Positions 1 through 8,735 of a stretch of DNA of 48,473 nt are shown one piece after another. The position numbers and the translations under genes are program-made. This DNA comes from Terriglobales bacterium. GTDB taxonomy: Bacteria > Acidobacteriota > Terriglobia > Terriglobales > SCQP01. The stretch lies in contig DATNAC010000092.1 in NCBI GenBank assembly GCA_035573035.1, forward strand, positions 1 through 48,473, written 5' to 3'. How positions within the stretch are numbered: position 1 is the first letter of the stretch; every line of letters begins with the position of its first letter. The notes beneath the pieces were generated by a model. It ran no database searches and was not told the DNA's origin. It saw only the letters and a program-made list of their open reading frames with translations.

Positions 1-294
1 GCGTTTTGTACGCCGCCGCAGGTTAGAGCACCTCATTCGCGAAGCCCCGGTTCTTGCCCGAAACGCTGACAGTCCCTCGGAATAACGGGACAGCAATCTT
101 GGCGGTGTCGGGCGGCGGCAGCGCAATCTTTCCCACGCGCTCTTTCACCCGGTAGACTCGCCCCAGGATCTGTGTCTTTCTCCGGGTCGGACTACTTTTG
201 CCGGGCGATTCCATCGGAAGGCCGCAGCGGACGTTCGACGAGTCCGTTGCCATCAATGAACACAAGTCGTACATGTGTTACGCTGGCCGAAAGC

Positions 295-534
295 ATGGAC
301 ACGACCATACGAAACCTGGATCCGGTGCTGTACCGGCGGGCGCGGGCGCGCGCGGCGACCGAAGGCAAGACGGTGGGAGCGGTGATCAACGAGGCGCTAC
401 GCCAGCATCTTCGGCCACAGTCGCGGACAGACGCCAAGCCGCACTGGTGGGACGTGCCGGTGGAGAACTGGGGGCCAGGCACAGAGAACCTCTCGAACGA
501 GGTGGAGGACATCCTCTACGGCGAAGACCAATGA
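295..534 (+). CDS. vapB: Type II antitoxin, ribbon-helix-helix type (VapB/FitA-like)
   Basis: In-frame ATG at 295 inside ORF 172..534. The product MDTTIRNLDPVLYRRARARAATEGKTVGAVINEALRQHL matches the N-terminal RHH antitoxin pattern. Its stop overlaps the start of the downstream PIN gene (ATGA at 531-534). Confidence 0.7.
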   Translation: MDTTIRNLDPVLYRRARARAATEGKTVGAVINEALRQHLRPQSRTDAKPHWWDVPVENWGPGTENLSNEVEDILYGEDQ

Positions 535-944
535 TCGTTCTCGATACCAGCTTCTTGCTCGGGCTCGTCAACCAGCAGGATGTGCATCATGAGGCGGCGC
601 GCCGCCTCCAGTCGGAATTGCGGTCAGGCCGGTGGGGGCAGGGGGCGTTGCTGGAGTACGTCATGGTCGAGCTGATGAATATGATGGTCAAGCGCCGGGG
701 CGCCGAGCATGCGGCGCGTACCGGTCGCTACCTGCTGGGCTCGGATTTGCATTTCGTGGCGTGCAGTCCGCTGTTCGGGTCGGCGTTTGTGGCATGCTGC
801 GCTCAGTCTGGGACGAGGGCAGGCTTGGTAGACATGGCTATCGCTACCTATGCCCGCGCCCACGCCGACGGGCAGGTGGCAACCTTCGATCGGGAGTTAG
901 CGCGACTGCCGGGGATAATCGCTGTGCCGGCGGAGGGGGCGTAG
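531..944 (+). CDS. vapC: PIN-domain ribonuclease toxin (VapC family)
   Basis: In-frame ATG at 531 within ORF 198..944. The N-terminus MIVLDTSFLLGLV has the conserved PIN acidic Asp, and the C-terminal part has LVDMAIATYA...VATFDRE. There is a 4-nt ATGA overlap with the antitoxin. Confidence 0.8.
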   Translation: MIVLDTSFLLGLVNQQDVHHEAARRLQSELRSGRWGQGALLEYVMVELMNMMVKRRGAEHAARTGRYLLGSDLHFVACSPLFGSAFVACCAQSGTRAGLVDMAIATYARAHADGQVATFDRELARLPGIIAVPAEGA

Positions 945-977
945 CCCGCTATACTGGGGCGGCTGAGGACCGTGGGT

Positions 978-2225
978 ATGCCGATTTCGCGTCGCGCGTT
1001 GATCAAGGCCGCCGGGGCCGCGCCGCTTGCCGGGGCCGCGCTGGCGCATGGCCTGAGCTGGCCGGAAGTGCCGCTGAACCCGCCGGCCCAGCTTCCCGAT
1101 AAGGCCTCGTTCCGGTTCCCGGGCACGTATTTGAACGCGGCGTACACCCATCCGATGAGCCGGCAGGCGGCCGCCGCTGGGGAGGCGCATCTCGAGCTGC
1201 GGCAGCGGGATGCGAGCCGCGCCTGGCCGGGGGACAACCCCCGCAACGCCGCCGTGCGCGCCTTTGCGGAGCTGATCCATGCCGAACCTAGTGAAGTCGC
1301 GGTGGTGCCGAGCACGATGGAGGGCGAGAACCTGATCGGCCAGGCGCTCGGACTGGGCCCCGATGCCGGCGTCCTGACCGATGCCTTTCACTACGACGCC
1401 TCGCTCGCCATGTACGGCGAGTTGCAACGATTGCGCGGGGTGCCGGTGAGCGTGGTGAAGCCGCGCGCCAACCGCATGGACCTCGAGGATTTTGCCGCTC
1501 TGCTGCAACCGTCGACGCGCTTGATCGCGGTGTCGCTGGTGGCCAGCATGGCCGGGTTTGCCCACGATCTCAAGGCGCTGTGCGACCTGGCACACGCGCG
1601 GAACGTGCTGGTTTATGCCGACATTGTGCAGGCGGCCGGCGCCGTTCCCATCGACGTGAAAGCCAGCGGGGTCGACTTCTGCTGCTGCGGAACTTACAAG
1701 TGGCTGATGGGCGACTTCGGGACGGCGTTCCTCTACGTTCGCGGCGACCGGCTGGAGCGACTACGGCGGGTGCAGTTTGGCTGGCGGCAGTTCAGCGGCG
1801 AGCAGCAGCACGTGTATCCCTTCGATGCGCCCGGGCCGGTCATCGGCGACTGGAAGCTGGGCAACAGCACCGCCGCGCATTTCGAGGTGAGCACGCCCGA
1901 TTGGGCGGCGCTGGCGATCGTCACCGCTTCCCTGGGCTACATCCAGAGCATTGGAGTCGCGGCGATCCAGCAGCACCGGCAAGCGTTGATCGACCGGCTC
2001 CAGCAGGAGCTGCCGCGGCGCGGTTTTCTGCCGCTGACGCCGCAACCCAGCCGGGGTCCGGTGGCGGCCTTCGCCTACCGGGATGCGCCAGCCCGGCTCG
2101 GTCCGCGTCTGCGCCAGGCCGGCATTACGATCACCATGTACGACCACATGATTCGTATTTCCCCTTCGGTGTACAACGACGAGGACGATATCGAGCGGCT
2201 TCTGCGGGCGCTGCCGGCGTCATGA
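978..2225 (+). CDS. Class V aminotransferase-fold PLP-dependent enzyme with twin-arginine (Tat) signal
   Basis: ORF 972..2225. ATG at 978 is preceded by GAGGA at 965-969. The N-terminus MPISRRALIKAAGAAPLAGAALAHG is Tat-like (SRRALIK). The motif CCGTYKWLMGDFGTAFLYV contains the candidate PLP-lysine typical of the cysteine desulfurase / isopenicillin-N epimerase-like fold. Confidence 0.8.
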   Translation: MPISRRALIKAAGAAPLAGAALAHGLSWPEVPLNPPAQLPDKASFRFPGTYLNAAYTHPMSRQAAAAGEAHLELRQRDASRAWPGDNPRNAAVRAFAELIHAEPSEVAVVPSTMEGENLIGQALGLGPDAGVLTDAFHYDASLAMYGELQRLRGVPVSVVKPRANRMDLEDFAALLQPSTRLIAVSLVASMAGFAHDLKALCDLAHARNVLVYADIVQAAGAVPIDVKASGVDFCCCGTYKWLMGDFGTAFLYVRGDRLERLRRVQFGWRQFSGEQQHVYPFDAPGPVIGDWKLGNSTAAHFEVSTPDWAALAIVTASLGYIQSIGVAAIQQHRQALIDRLQQELPRRGFLPLTPQPSRGPVAAFAYRDAPARLGPRLRQAGITITMYDHMIRISPSVYNDEDDIERLLRALPAS

Positions 2226-3688
2226 AGCGGGCAGTGGCCGCACTGCTATTGGGGTGTGTGACCCTGGCTGGAACGCAGGACCACGCGCTAGCGCCTCGGG
2301 ATGCCCATGCTGAGCTGAGCAAGCTGGCCGATGTCCTGCGGGCGAGCGGCGGGGCCTACGAGTACGATCGCCAGCTCGCCGATGGAATCGGTCCCCGCCT
2401 CACCGGTTCGTCCAACTATCGCCGGGCGGCCGATTGGGCGGTAGCGCAATTTCAGGCGCTGGGCCTGACCAACATTCACCGCGAGCCGTGGCCGCTGCCC
2501 GACAGCTGGGAGCCGGACGGAGCGGCGACGGCACGGATGACCGCACCCCGCGAGCAAACGCTGCACATGGTCAGCGAGGGCTGGAGCCCGTCCACGCCAC
2601 CCGGCGGCGTGCGCGGCAAGGTGGTGTACCTCGCAGATCTGCGCCCGGCGGCGGTGCGCGCGCAGGCCCGAGAGCTTGCGGGCGCGATCGTCCTGGTGGA
2701 CGAGGCCTCAATCGGCGCCGCCTCCACCATGGGCGAGGGGACGCTGTTTGACGGCATCCGGCTTATCGGGCGTGAGGGGGCGCGCGGGGTGATCTTCGGC
2801 GTGGGCAACAGCAACGGTGCCAGCGACATGTTCGGGGACACGGGCTTTACCGGAACGGTGGCCGATCTACCCGCGGGGAACCTCGGGCGCGAGGACACCC
2901 TTCTGGTCAAACGCCTCTTGCAACGCGGGCCGGTGGAGGTTGCCTTCCGCTTTCAGAATCGCATCCGGCGTGGGGTGGCGGTGGATAACATCGTCGCCGA
3001 CCTTCCCGGGCGGGACAGCCGCGGCGGATATGTGATCGTGGGCGCCCATCTCGATTCCTGGCAGGCGGGAACGGGCGCGCAGGACGACGGCACCGGCGTG
3101 GCCTCGCTGCTGGCGCTCGCCCAGGCCCTGCGGGCCACCGGGCTGCGGCCGCGGCGCACGATCCGCTTCGCGCTGTTTGGGGGCGAGGAGGAGGGCTTGC
3201 TGGGCTCGATTGCCTACAGCCGGCGGCACGAGGCCGATCTGTCCCGGTGTGCGGCGGTGGTGATGACCGACACCGGCGGGGGCGCGCCGGATGGGTGGTT
3301 CACCCTGGCCCGTGCGGACGAGCAGGAGGCATTGATGCCGCTGGCGCCGGAGTTGAACGCCCTCGGCGCGGGCAAGACGACCGACGGCGGGCGGTTCGTG
3401 TTCAGTTCCGACAGCGCGCCGTTTCTGGTGGCTGGGGTGCCTGGATTTTTGCTCTCGGCGCCCATCGGACCCTATCTCCGGATTCATCATCAACCGGGCG
3501 ACACGTTCGACAAGGTCAATAAGCACGATCTGGGCGTGAGCGCCGCCGTGTTCGGCGTCACCGCCTACGGTTTGGCGGACATGCCCACGCGCCTGCCGCG
3601 ATTCACGCCGGCGGAAGTGCGAGACGAGTTGCACGCGCTCGGCCTGCTCGGCCGGTATCAGGACATGCGGTCTCACGGAATATTCTAA
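2222..3688 (+). CDS. Secreted M28-family aminopeptidase with PA domain
   Basis: In-frame ATG at 2222 in ORF 1580..3688, overlapping the upstream stop (ATGA). Signal peptide MKRAVAALLLGCVTLAG. M28 metal-binding motifs VIVGAHLDSW, GAQDDGTGVASLL and FALFGGEEEGLLGS. Confidence 0.85.
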   Translation: MKRAVAALLLGCVTLAGTQDHALAPRDAHAELSKLADVLRASGGAYEYDRQLADGIGPRLTGSSNYRRAADWAVAQFQALGLTNIHREPWPLPDSWEPDGAATARMTAPREQTLHMVSEGWSPSTPPGGVRGKVVYLADLRPAAVRAQARELAGAIVLVDEASIGAASTMGEGTLFDGIRLIGREGARGVIFGVGNSNGASDMFGDTGFTGTVADLPAGNLGREDTLLVKRLLQRGPVEVAFRFQNRIRRGVAVDNIVADLPGRDSRGGYVIVGAHLDSWQAGTGAQDDGTGVASLLALAQALRATGLRPRRTIRFALFGGEEEGLLGSIAYSRRHEADLSRCAAVVMTDTGGGAPDGWFTLARADEQEALMPLAPELNALGAGKTTDGGRFVFSSDSAPFLVAGVPGFLLSAPIGPYLRIHHQPGDTFDKVNKHDLGVSAAVFGVTAYGLADMPTRLPRFTPAEVRDELHALGLLGRYQDMRSHGIF

Positions 3689-3910
3689 TTAACTGTGGGG
3701 ACCGCCGGGCCAGCAACAGGGCCGGCGCTTGCCTTCCTTTGGCCCCACCCCGGGGCGGTCACGGTTGGCCGGGCCGGGCCCCGAAGTGGAGCCCGGTTCG
3801 CAGACCACGTTTAGCACCGGCGTCAATCTGTCTGCGGGCGATGGAATCTTCTTCATTGCTGCAGCTCAACATTTCCCGTTCTACCTAGCTACAATATACG
3901 AGCACAAGTC

Positions 3911-3961
3911 AAGCGGAGGATCGAGCCATCCTCCAGGGTTCCGAATCCCGCCTCTCCGCCA
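3911..3961 (+). other. tRNA-like 3' fragment (possible tRNA-Ser 3' half, integration scar)
   Basis: The sequence GGAGGAtcgagccaTCCTCC-aGGGTTCcGAATCCCg-CCTCTCC-G-CCA shows an extra-arm-like hairpin and a T-arm-like GGTTC(c)GAATCC carrying one extra base. It also has a 7-nt acceptor 3' strand complementary to the GGAGAGG 5' end typical of tRNA-Ser, a G discriminator and an encoded CCA. No matching 5' half (GGAGAGG, D-arm or anticodon arm) lies upstream, so this is not an intact tRNA. Confidence 0.3.
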
Positions 3962-4008
3962 GTTTCCCAATACGGCGGCGCTGCTAGAGGGCGCTTTCAT
4001 ACCAGCGA

Positions 4009-5157
4009 TTAGTGATTTGGCTTGAGCGTGATCACGCGCGAGAGGACCGGTGTCTGGCTTTTAGGACGTTGCAGGCAGAAGGAGCCGTCCGGGGCGGCCC
4101 AGCACGCCTCGGACTGGAATCGGAAGCGGAGTTCGTGGGTTCCTGGCGCGTCGAGCGGGGCGGCGTCATAGAGTGGCGCCAAGCTGGCAATGGAGAAGTC
4201 GCCTTCGGCCTTCTGGCCGGGCATGATCGGCGTCTCGACGACGAAATTGCGAGAGCACTCCATGAGACGGGAGCTGAGAGGGGCCCAGGCGCCGCCCTTG
4301 GCTCGATGCTCGGGGATGATGCTGAAATCGCTGCAGGTCCACCGGCCATTTCGAATGGGCCGGCTGCTCAAGTTGTGGATTGCGTAATGGAATACGGTGC
4401 ATGCGGCGCTGGTGTCGGACGGCGACGCACATGAACCGCCAGCCCGCTTTCGCTCCGCGGCGGCCTCCGTTTCCGTGGCGAGCGACACTTCGAATCCGAT
4501 CCTCAACGGTCCGAGGTCGGGCAGCGAGGGGGAGCTGACTTCGATCTGGTTGGACACGACCTGGATCGGAGATTGGAGATCCACGTCGGGAGCCGCGGAG
4601 TTCGATGTCGGAATCCGCGGTGGCGCAAGACAGTCCGTTCCCTCCGATTCTTCGGTGCAGCCATAGAGCGACCAGGTGGCGCGGATGGTGTATTCCCCGG
4701 CATCTGTGGGCGCCGTCACCGGAAGCCGGTTCGGGGAGACGAGGCGTGTCTCGTATTGGGTTTCGTCGCCAGGCCGCAGGCGGAGATCTTGAAAAGTCAG
4801 GGGATCGCAAAGAGTGGAGTACGACGGCTGACTGATTGGCCACCAGCCGGTTGAGGAATTTGCCTGCTTTTTGCTGAATCCGACATTCGGCTCACGGCAG
4901 TTGGGCCTGCTCAGGTGGACGGTGCGCCCGCCGACGTTCTTCAGGGTGACGATGAACGAGCGACAGGCGAGTGTAACCGCCGCGTCGCCTCCGCACGATG
5001 GGCCCAGAGGCAATTTGCTGCCGGGGTTCTCGCGAATCGTGAGAACGAACGCGTCGGGATCGGGTAAGAGTTGCGGGAACTGTCCCGCCGCAACTACGGG
5101 AAGCGTGCCGAAGATGAGAAGGGCTCCGATCAGCGTGACTGTTCTGAAGTTGCGCAT
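4009..5157 (-). CDS. Hypothetical secreted Cys-rich two-domain protein
   Basis: In-frame ATG at 5157 in ORF 4009..5235, 8 nt downstream of the permease stop. Signal peptide MRNFRTVTLIGALLIFGTLPVVAAG. Two Cys-containing halves are separated by a charged linker (ETEAAAERKRAGG). No family recognised. Confidence 0.6.
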   Translation of the reverse strand: MRNFRTVTLIGALLIFGTLPVVAAGQFPQLLPDPDAFVLTIRENPGSKLPLGPSCGGDAAVTLACRSFIVTLKNVGGRTVHLSRPNCREPNVGFSKKQANSSTGWWPISQPSYSTLCDPLTFQDLRLRPGDETQYETRLVSPNRLPVTAPTDAGEYTIRATWSLYGCTEESEGTDCLAPPRIPTSNSAAPDVDLQSPIQVVSNQIEVSSPSLPDLGPLRIGFEVSLATETEAAAERKRAGGSCASPSDTSAACTVFHYAIHNLSSRPIRNGRWTCSDFSIIPEHRAKGGAWAPLSSRLMECSRNFVVETPIMPGQKAEGDFSIASLAPLYDAAPLDAPGTHELRFRFQSEACWAAPDGSFCLQRPKSQTPVLSRVITLKPNH

Positions 5158-5164
5158 CGAGAAC

Positions 5165-7639
5165 TCAATCGCATCGCAGGGCGACCGCGGCATCGGTGCG
5201 GGCAGCGCGGATCGCCGGTAGGGCGCTCGCCGCAACGGCGGTGATCAAAACTGCGAGGACGCCGAGCCCAAAGACCCTGGGGGCGACAGGACTAAGGCCG
5301 AACAGTTGGGCGCGCAGCAGGCGCACCGCAAACAGGGCCACGATGGCGCCTGTTATTACGCCGGCTGCGGTGAGCCCGAGGGATTCGACGATCACCAGGC
5401 GAAACAACGCCGCCGGATCGGCACCCAAAGCCAAGCGAACGCCCAACTCGCGGCGGCGGCGATTCAGACGCCAGGATTGAACGCCATACATTCCAAGACA
5501 GGCGAGCATCAAGGCAAGCCAGGCGAACAGGCCGTACAGGCGGGCGATGAGGTGCTGATTCACAAGACGGCCTTCAAGGTTGGCTTCCACCGTCTCCATA
5601 CCGCTGACGGGCACATTCGGGGCGGCAGCATCCAGGGCGCGGCGCAGAGCCGGAATCAGCGCCGCCGGATCACCCGCAGTGCGGATTTCCAGGGCGCGCA
5701 CGGTGAGGGGGTTCTGGTCGAGATCGAGATAGACCATGGGCGGAACGCGGCTAAGCAGCCCGTCCACCTGGGCATCGGCGACAACGCCGACAACGCGGGG
5801 ATTGTCAAAATCGTCGAGCGTGAGCTGCGAGCTCACGGGATCGCGATTGGGAAAATACCGGCGCAAGAAGGCTTGGTTGACCAAGGCAACGCCCGGCGAG
5901 GCAGCCGTATCTTCGCGTGTGAACCCGCGGCCGCGCAGGAGGTGCAATCCGGCGGTGGCGAAAAAGTCGCGGCTGACGATATCGACCTGCATCCTGGCGG
6001 CAGGATTCGAGAAATTACCGCTGGCGGTAATTCGGTAGCTTCCCGTGATGTCGCAGTACCATCCGCAAGCGGCCACGGCGGCGGAGCGTACGCCAGGCAG
6101 CGCCAGGATGTGGTCTAGCAACGTGGGGTAGAGCTCGACAAACTTCACGGGCGAGTAACCGGCGGCGGCGGGGTCCATACGGGCGGTCAACACGTTACGG
6201 CGGTCGAAACCGGCCTGGGTGGTCAGCAGGTGTTGAAGGCTGCGGGTAAGCAAGCCGGCGGAGACGGTCAGAACGAATGCCAGCGCAATCTGACCGGTGA
6301 TAAACCAGCGTCCGCCGCGGCCAAAAATCAGCGAGGATGAACCTCCGCCGCTCAACGCGCCCGAACGCAAGTCATTCAACGGGTCGTCGCGGCGCCTTCC
6401 GATCCAGGGAGCCAGCGCCAGCGCCAGCGCGCAGAGGAACGCGACGGCCAGCGTAAACGCAAGAACCCGCCAGTCGAAGCCGGCCGCAGCCGGCACGGAG
6501 CCGGTACTGAGCGCGCCGGGAAGCGCGATGACCATCCAGCGTGCCAGGAGTAGGCCCAGGCCGGCTCCGGCAACGGCAAGGATGAGGATTTCGGCGAAGC
6601 GGCGGCGGAACAGGCGGGCATGGCCGGCGCCCAGCGCGAGGCGCACGGCATCCTCCTGGCGGCGGGCGGCGTCACGCGCCAGCACCAGCAGCACAAGATT
6701 GAGGCAAGCGATCAGCAGCACCGCTTCCACCGCGACCGTCAGAATCAGGAGCGGCGAAGAGAACAATTTGCCCGCCGCGCCGCCCGAGGCTTGGGCGAGA
6801 GGGACGAGCCGCATCTGTGTCTTCTCGATTAGCGCGCGGCGGTCGGAGGGACTGGCGCCGGCATAGCGGTTCCGCAAGGACGCCAGGCCGATCGCGCTGG
6901 CGGCGCTGGCGACGGCCGCAGGCGCCACCGGGGGACGGACGCGGGCGTAAAGCTGGAGCCAACCGATCCCGGACTGCGTTGCCCAGGGTTGGGAAGGATC
7001 CACCCCGCCCATGCCGCTGTCGAGCGAAGCGGATTTGTCGTAGCCCAGCAGGTGCTGCAGCGGGAGAGGCGACCAAACGTCCACCGACTTGAACTTGTCG
7101 AGACCGCTAAAGCCGGGCGGTGCGATGCCAATGACGTCGACCGCCTGCCGATTGAGCACGAGCGCGTGGCCAAGCGCCGGGGCGCCGTCGTACTCGCGCC
7201 GCCAGAAGGCGTAACTGATCACGGCAACTCGGAGTGGCGCCGAGACCAGGGTATCGTCCGGGTTAAAGAAGCGTCCGCGCCATGGCTGCACGCCAAGTGC
7301 TGCAAAATAATTTGCCGATGTCAGTTGCGCGGTGACGGCCCGCGGTGTAGCACCGGCCACTTGCACGTGGACGGGAAAGGGATGGGCCTGCGCGATAAGA
7401 TCGCTGCCGACAGGCAGACCCCCGCGGAGCGCATGATAGGCTGCGGTCGAGGAATCGCGCTGATTCAGGCGAATAAGGGCGTAGAGCTGGTCTTGATGGG
7501 ATACCGGCAGAGAACGCAGCAGGGCCGCGTCGACCAAGGAAAAGATCGCGGTATTGGCGCCAATGCCCAGGGCCAACGAGAGTATGGCGACGAGAACAAA
7601 CCCAGGCTGGTGGCGGAGGCCGCGCAAGACGGGAAGCAT
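5165..7639 (-). CDS. ADOP-family duplicated ABC-type permease (MacB/FtsX-like, two MacB_PCD+FtsX halves)
   Basis: 824 aa. The N-terminus LRGLRHQPGFVLVAILSLALGIGANTAIFSLVDA is the canonical ADOP/MacB start. A second half repeats the TM-periplasmic-4TM layout and ends in the FtsX-type stretch LALGADPAALFRLVIVESL. Strong SD AGGAGGG upstream of ATG 7639. Confidence 0.9.
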   Translation of the reverse strand: MLPVLRGLRHQPGFVLVAILSLALGIGANTAIFSLVDAALLRSLPVSHQDQLYALIRLNQRDSSTAAYHALRGGLPVGSDLIAQAHPFPVHVQVAGATPRAVTAQLTSANYFAALGVQPWRGRFFNPDDTLVSAPLRVAVISYAFWRREYDGAPALGHALVLNRQAVDVIGIAPPGFSGLDKFKSVDVWSPLPLQHLLGYDKSASLDSGMGGVDPSQPWATQSGIGWLQLYARVRPPVAPAAVASAASAIGLASLRNRYAGASPSDRRALIEKTQMRLVPLAQASGGAAGKLFSSPLLILTVAVEAVLLIACLNLVLLVLARDAARRQEDAVRLALGAGHARLFRRRFAEILILAVAGAGLGLLLARWMVIALPGALSTGSVPAAAGFDWRVLAFTLAVAFLCALALALAPWIGRRRDDPLNDLRSGALSGGGSSSLIFGRGGRWFITGQIALAFVLTVSAGLLTRSLQHLLTTQAGFDRRNVLTARMDPAAAGYSPVKFVELYPTLLDHILALPGVRSAAVAACGWYCDITGSYRITASGNFSNPAARMQVDIVSRDFFATAGLHLLRGRGFTREDTAASPGVALVNQAFLRRYFPNRDPVSSQLTLDDFDNPRVVGVVADAQVDGLLSRVPPMVYLDLDQNPLTVRALEIRTAGDPAALIPALRRALDAAAPNVPVSGMETVEANLEGRLVNQHLIARLYGLFAWLALMLACLGMYGVQSWRLNRRRRELGVRLALGADPAALFRLVIVESLGLTAAGVITGAIVALFAVRLLRAQLFGLSPVAPRVFGLGVLAVLITAVAASALPAIRAARTDAAVALRCD

Positions 7640-7882
7640 TTTCCCTCCTGTGCATCAATGTAGATGATTTGGTTCCGTTCCGCACGCCGTCGAGGTTGGC
7701 CAACCGACGAGGCAGCCGGACCGGATTCCCCGCGCCTTGGTTTCCTTGGACCCGAAACGCACTGGCCAAACGGCAGGGCGCCGGGTCTCGTCAGGGCCGG
7801 CGCCCCTCGCTGTCCGAGTCCCCAAAACGGTTCGGGGTGGTAACTCGGAAAGGTTCGCCGTCCCTCACGGGACCTTTTTGGT

Positions 7883-8269
7883 TTATGAAATCAGAGTGTA
7901 CACGCAAGGCGATCGCTGTGGATAACCGACAAAGCGCGATTCGCAATCTGGCGCGACGCATTGCCAGTGGGGTGTGTTCTCGTTGTAGGATCGAATCGCC
8001 ATCGAGGTGTGCATCGAATCGGTACTCGTCAGATGGCCGCACAGCTTGAGCATCGTGAAGCCATTTTCGATATGGCCGTCTTCGGCAATGTTCACGTAGC
8101 CGAGGTTCGGTGTGAAGTACCGCGTACAGCCTGGCGCGTCACAGCGCCAATAGTCCTGGTGCCAAAAACCGACCAGCTCCGACCGCAACCCAAGTACCAC
8201 AGGAACCATTGGCCGTCTGTGCCGATTGCATAGGACAATAGATGTTGGGTCGATGTCTTCGTGCCGCAT
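7883..8269 (-). CDS. Hypothetical small protein with two tandem zinc-ribbon-like modules
   Basis: In-frame ATG at 8269 in ORF 7883..8305, preceded by the strong SD AAGGAGGAG. The internal duplication is LCNRH...YWRCDAPGCTRYF and LCGH...HWQCVAPDCESRF. The ORF has visibly lower GC than its neighbours. Confidence 0.55.
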   Translation of the reverse strand: MRHEDIDPTSIVLCNRHRRPMVPVVLGLRSELVGFWHQDYWRCDAPGCTRYFTPNLGYVNIAEDGHIENGFTMLKLCGHLTSTDSMHTSMAIRSYNENTPHWQCVAPDCESRFVGYPQRSPCVYTLIS

Positions 8270-8418
8270 CTGGCTCCTCCTTGACCTTTCGCGACCACAC
8301 CGCAAGTGGCGCTAAGCCTAATGTAGCATTTTCGGTGCATCTTTGCGACAATCTCTTCGCTTTTTCTTTGGTCATAGTCGCTCGATCCGCCAGTCACGTC
8401 CGTCTTGTCCCCATGCCA

Positions 8419-8735
8419 TCAGAGATCATAAGGCCGGCTATGTGGATCGCTTCGGCGGGCATGAGGGGCGAGCCTTGGTAGCCGAACCGCACCTCTGGCC
8501 TCGTCCCGCGTTGATGTGCCGTTGAACTGAAGCACGCCGAAGGCCGGGATGCCGTTGCTATCCGGGCGCACGATGTTGACGCCCTGGCTCTCGCTCACGA
8601 TCAGCGCCTCGATATCGGCCACGTTCTTGAACTCGAACGGGACCGTATGCGCCCAGCCGTTGCCCGAAATCGTCGTCTGGACGGCCGGAATGGCTGGCGA
8701 TACGGCAGTGACCCTGCTGGACGCGAAAACGGCTC
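8419..8735 (-). pseudogene. Orphan gene fragment of unknown family abutting the IS remnant
   Basis: The minus-strand frame reads ...VTAVSPAIPAVQTTISGNGWAHTVPFEFKNVADIEALIVSESQGVNIVRPDSNGIPAFGVLQFNG with strong GC3 codon bias. It starts directly at the IS630 remnant boundary, has no credible start codon (only an internal GTG) and its coding signal decays towards the stop. Confidence 0.3.

Noticed and set aside
23-274. 83-aa ORF on the minus strand, divergent from vapBC.
   Set aside because: It has no recognisable motif, no evident SD and mixed codon bias. It may be a small gene or a remnant, but I cannot support a call.
1580-2221. Long 5' extensions in the ORF track. Examples: 1580..3688, 41618..44083, 10118..11296, 198..944, 45591..46520 and 14996..17800.
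   Set aside because: The upstream parts overlap the preceding genes or the repeats and translate to Arg/Ala-rich nonsense. Internal starts give proper signal peptides or canonical N-termini, mostly with SD sequences or ATGA coupling.
3911-3961. Whether this is an intact tRNA or tmRNA gene.
   Set aside because: There is no complementary 5' acceptor strand, D-arm or anticodon arm upstream. The T-loop has an extra base. The acceptor lacks the G3:U70 pair expected for tmRNA. It is therefore kept only as a fragment.
3729-4025. 98-aa ORF on the plus strand in the M28-downstream intergenic region.
   Set aside because: It overlaps the tRNA-like fragment and the 3' end of the convergent gene. It has poor codon bias and no motifs.
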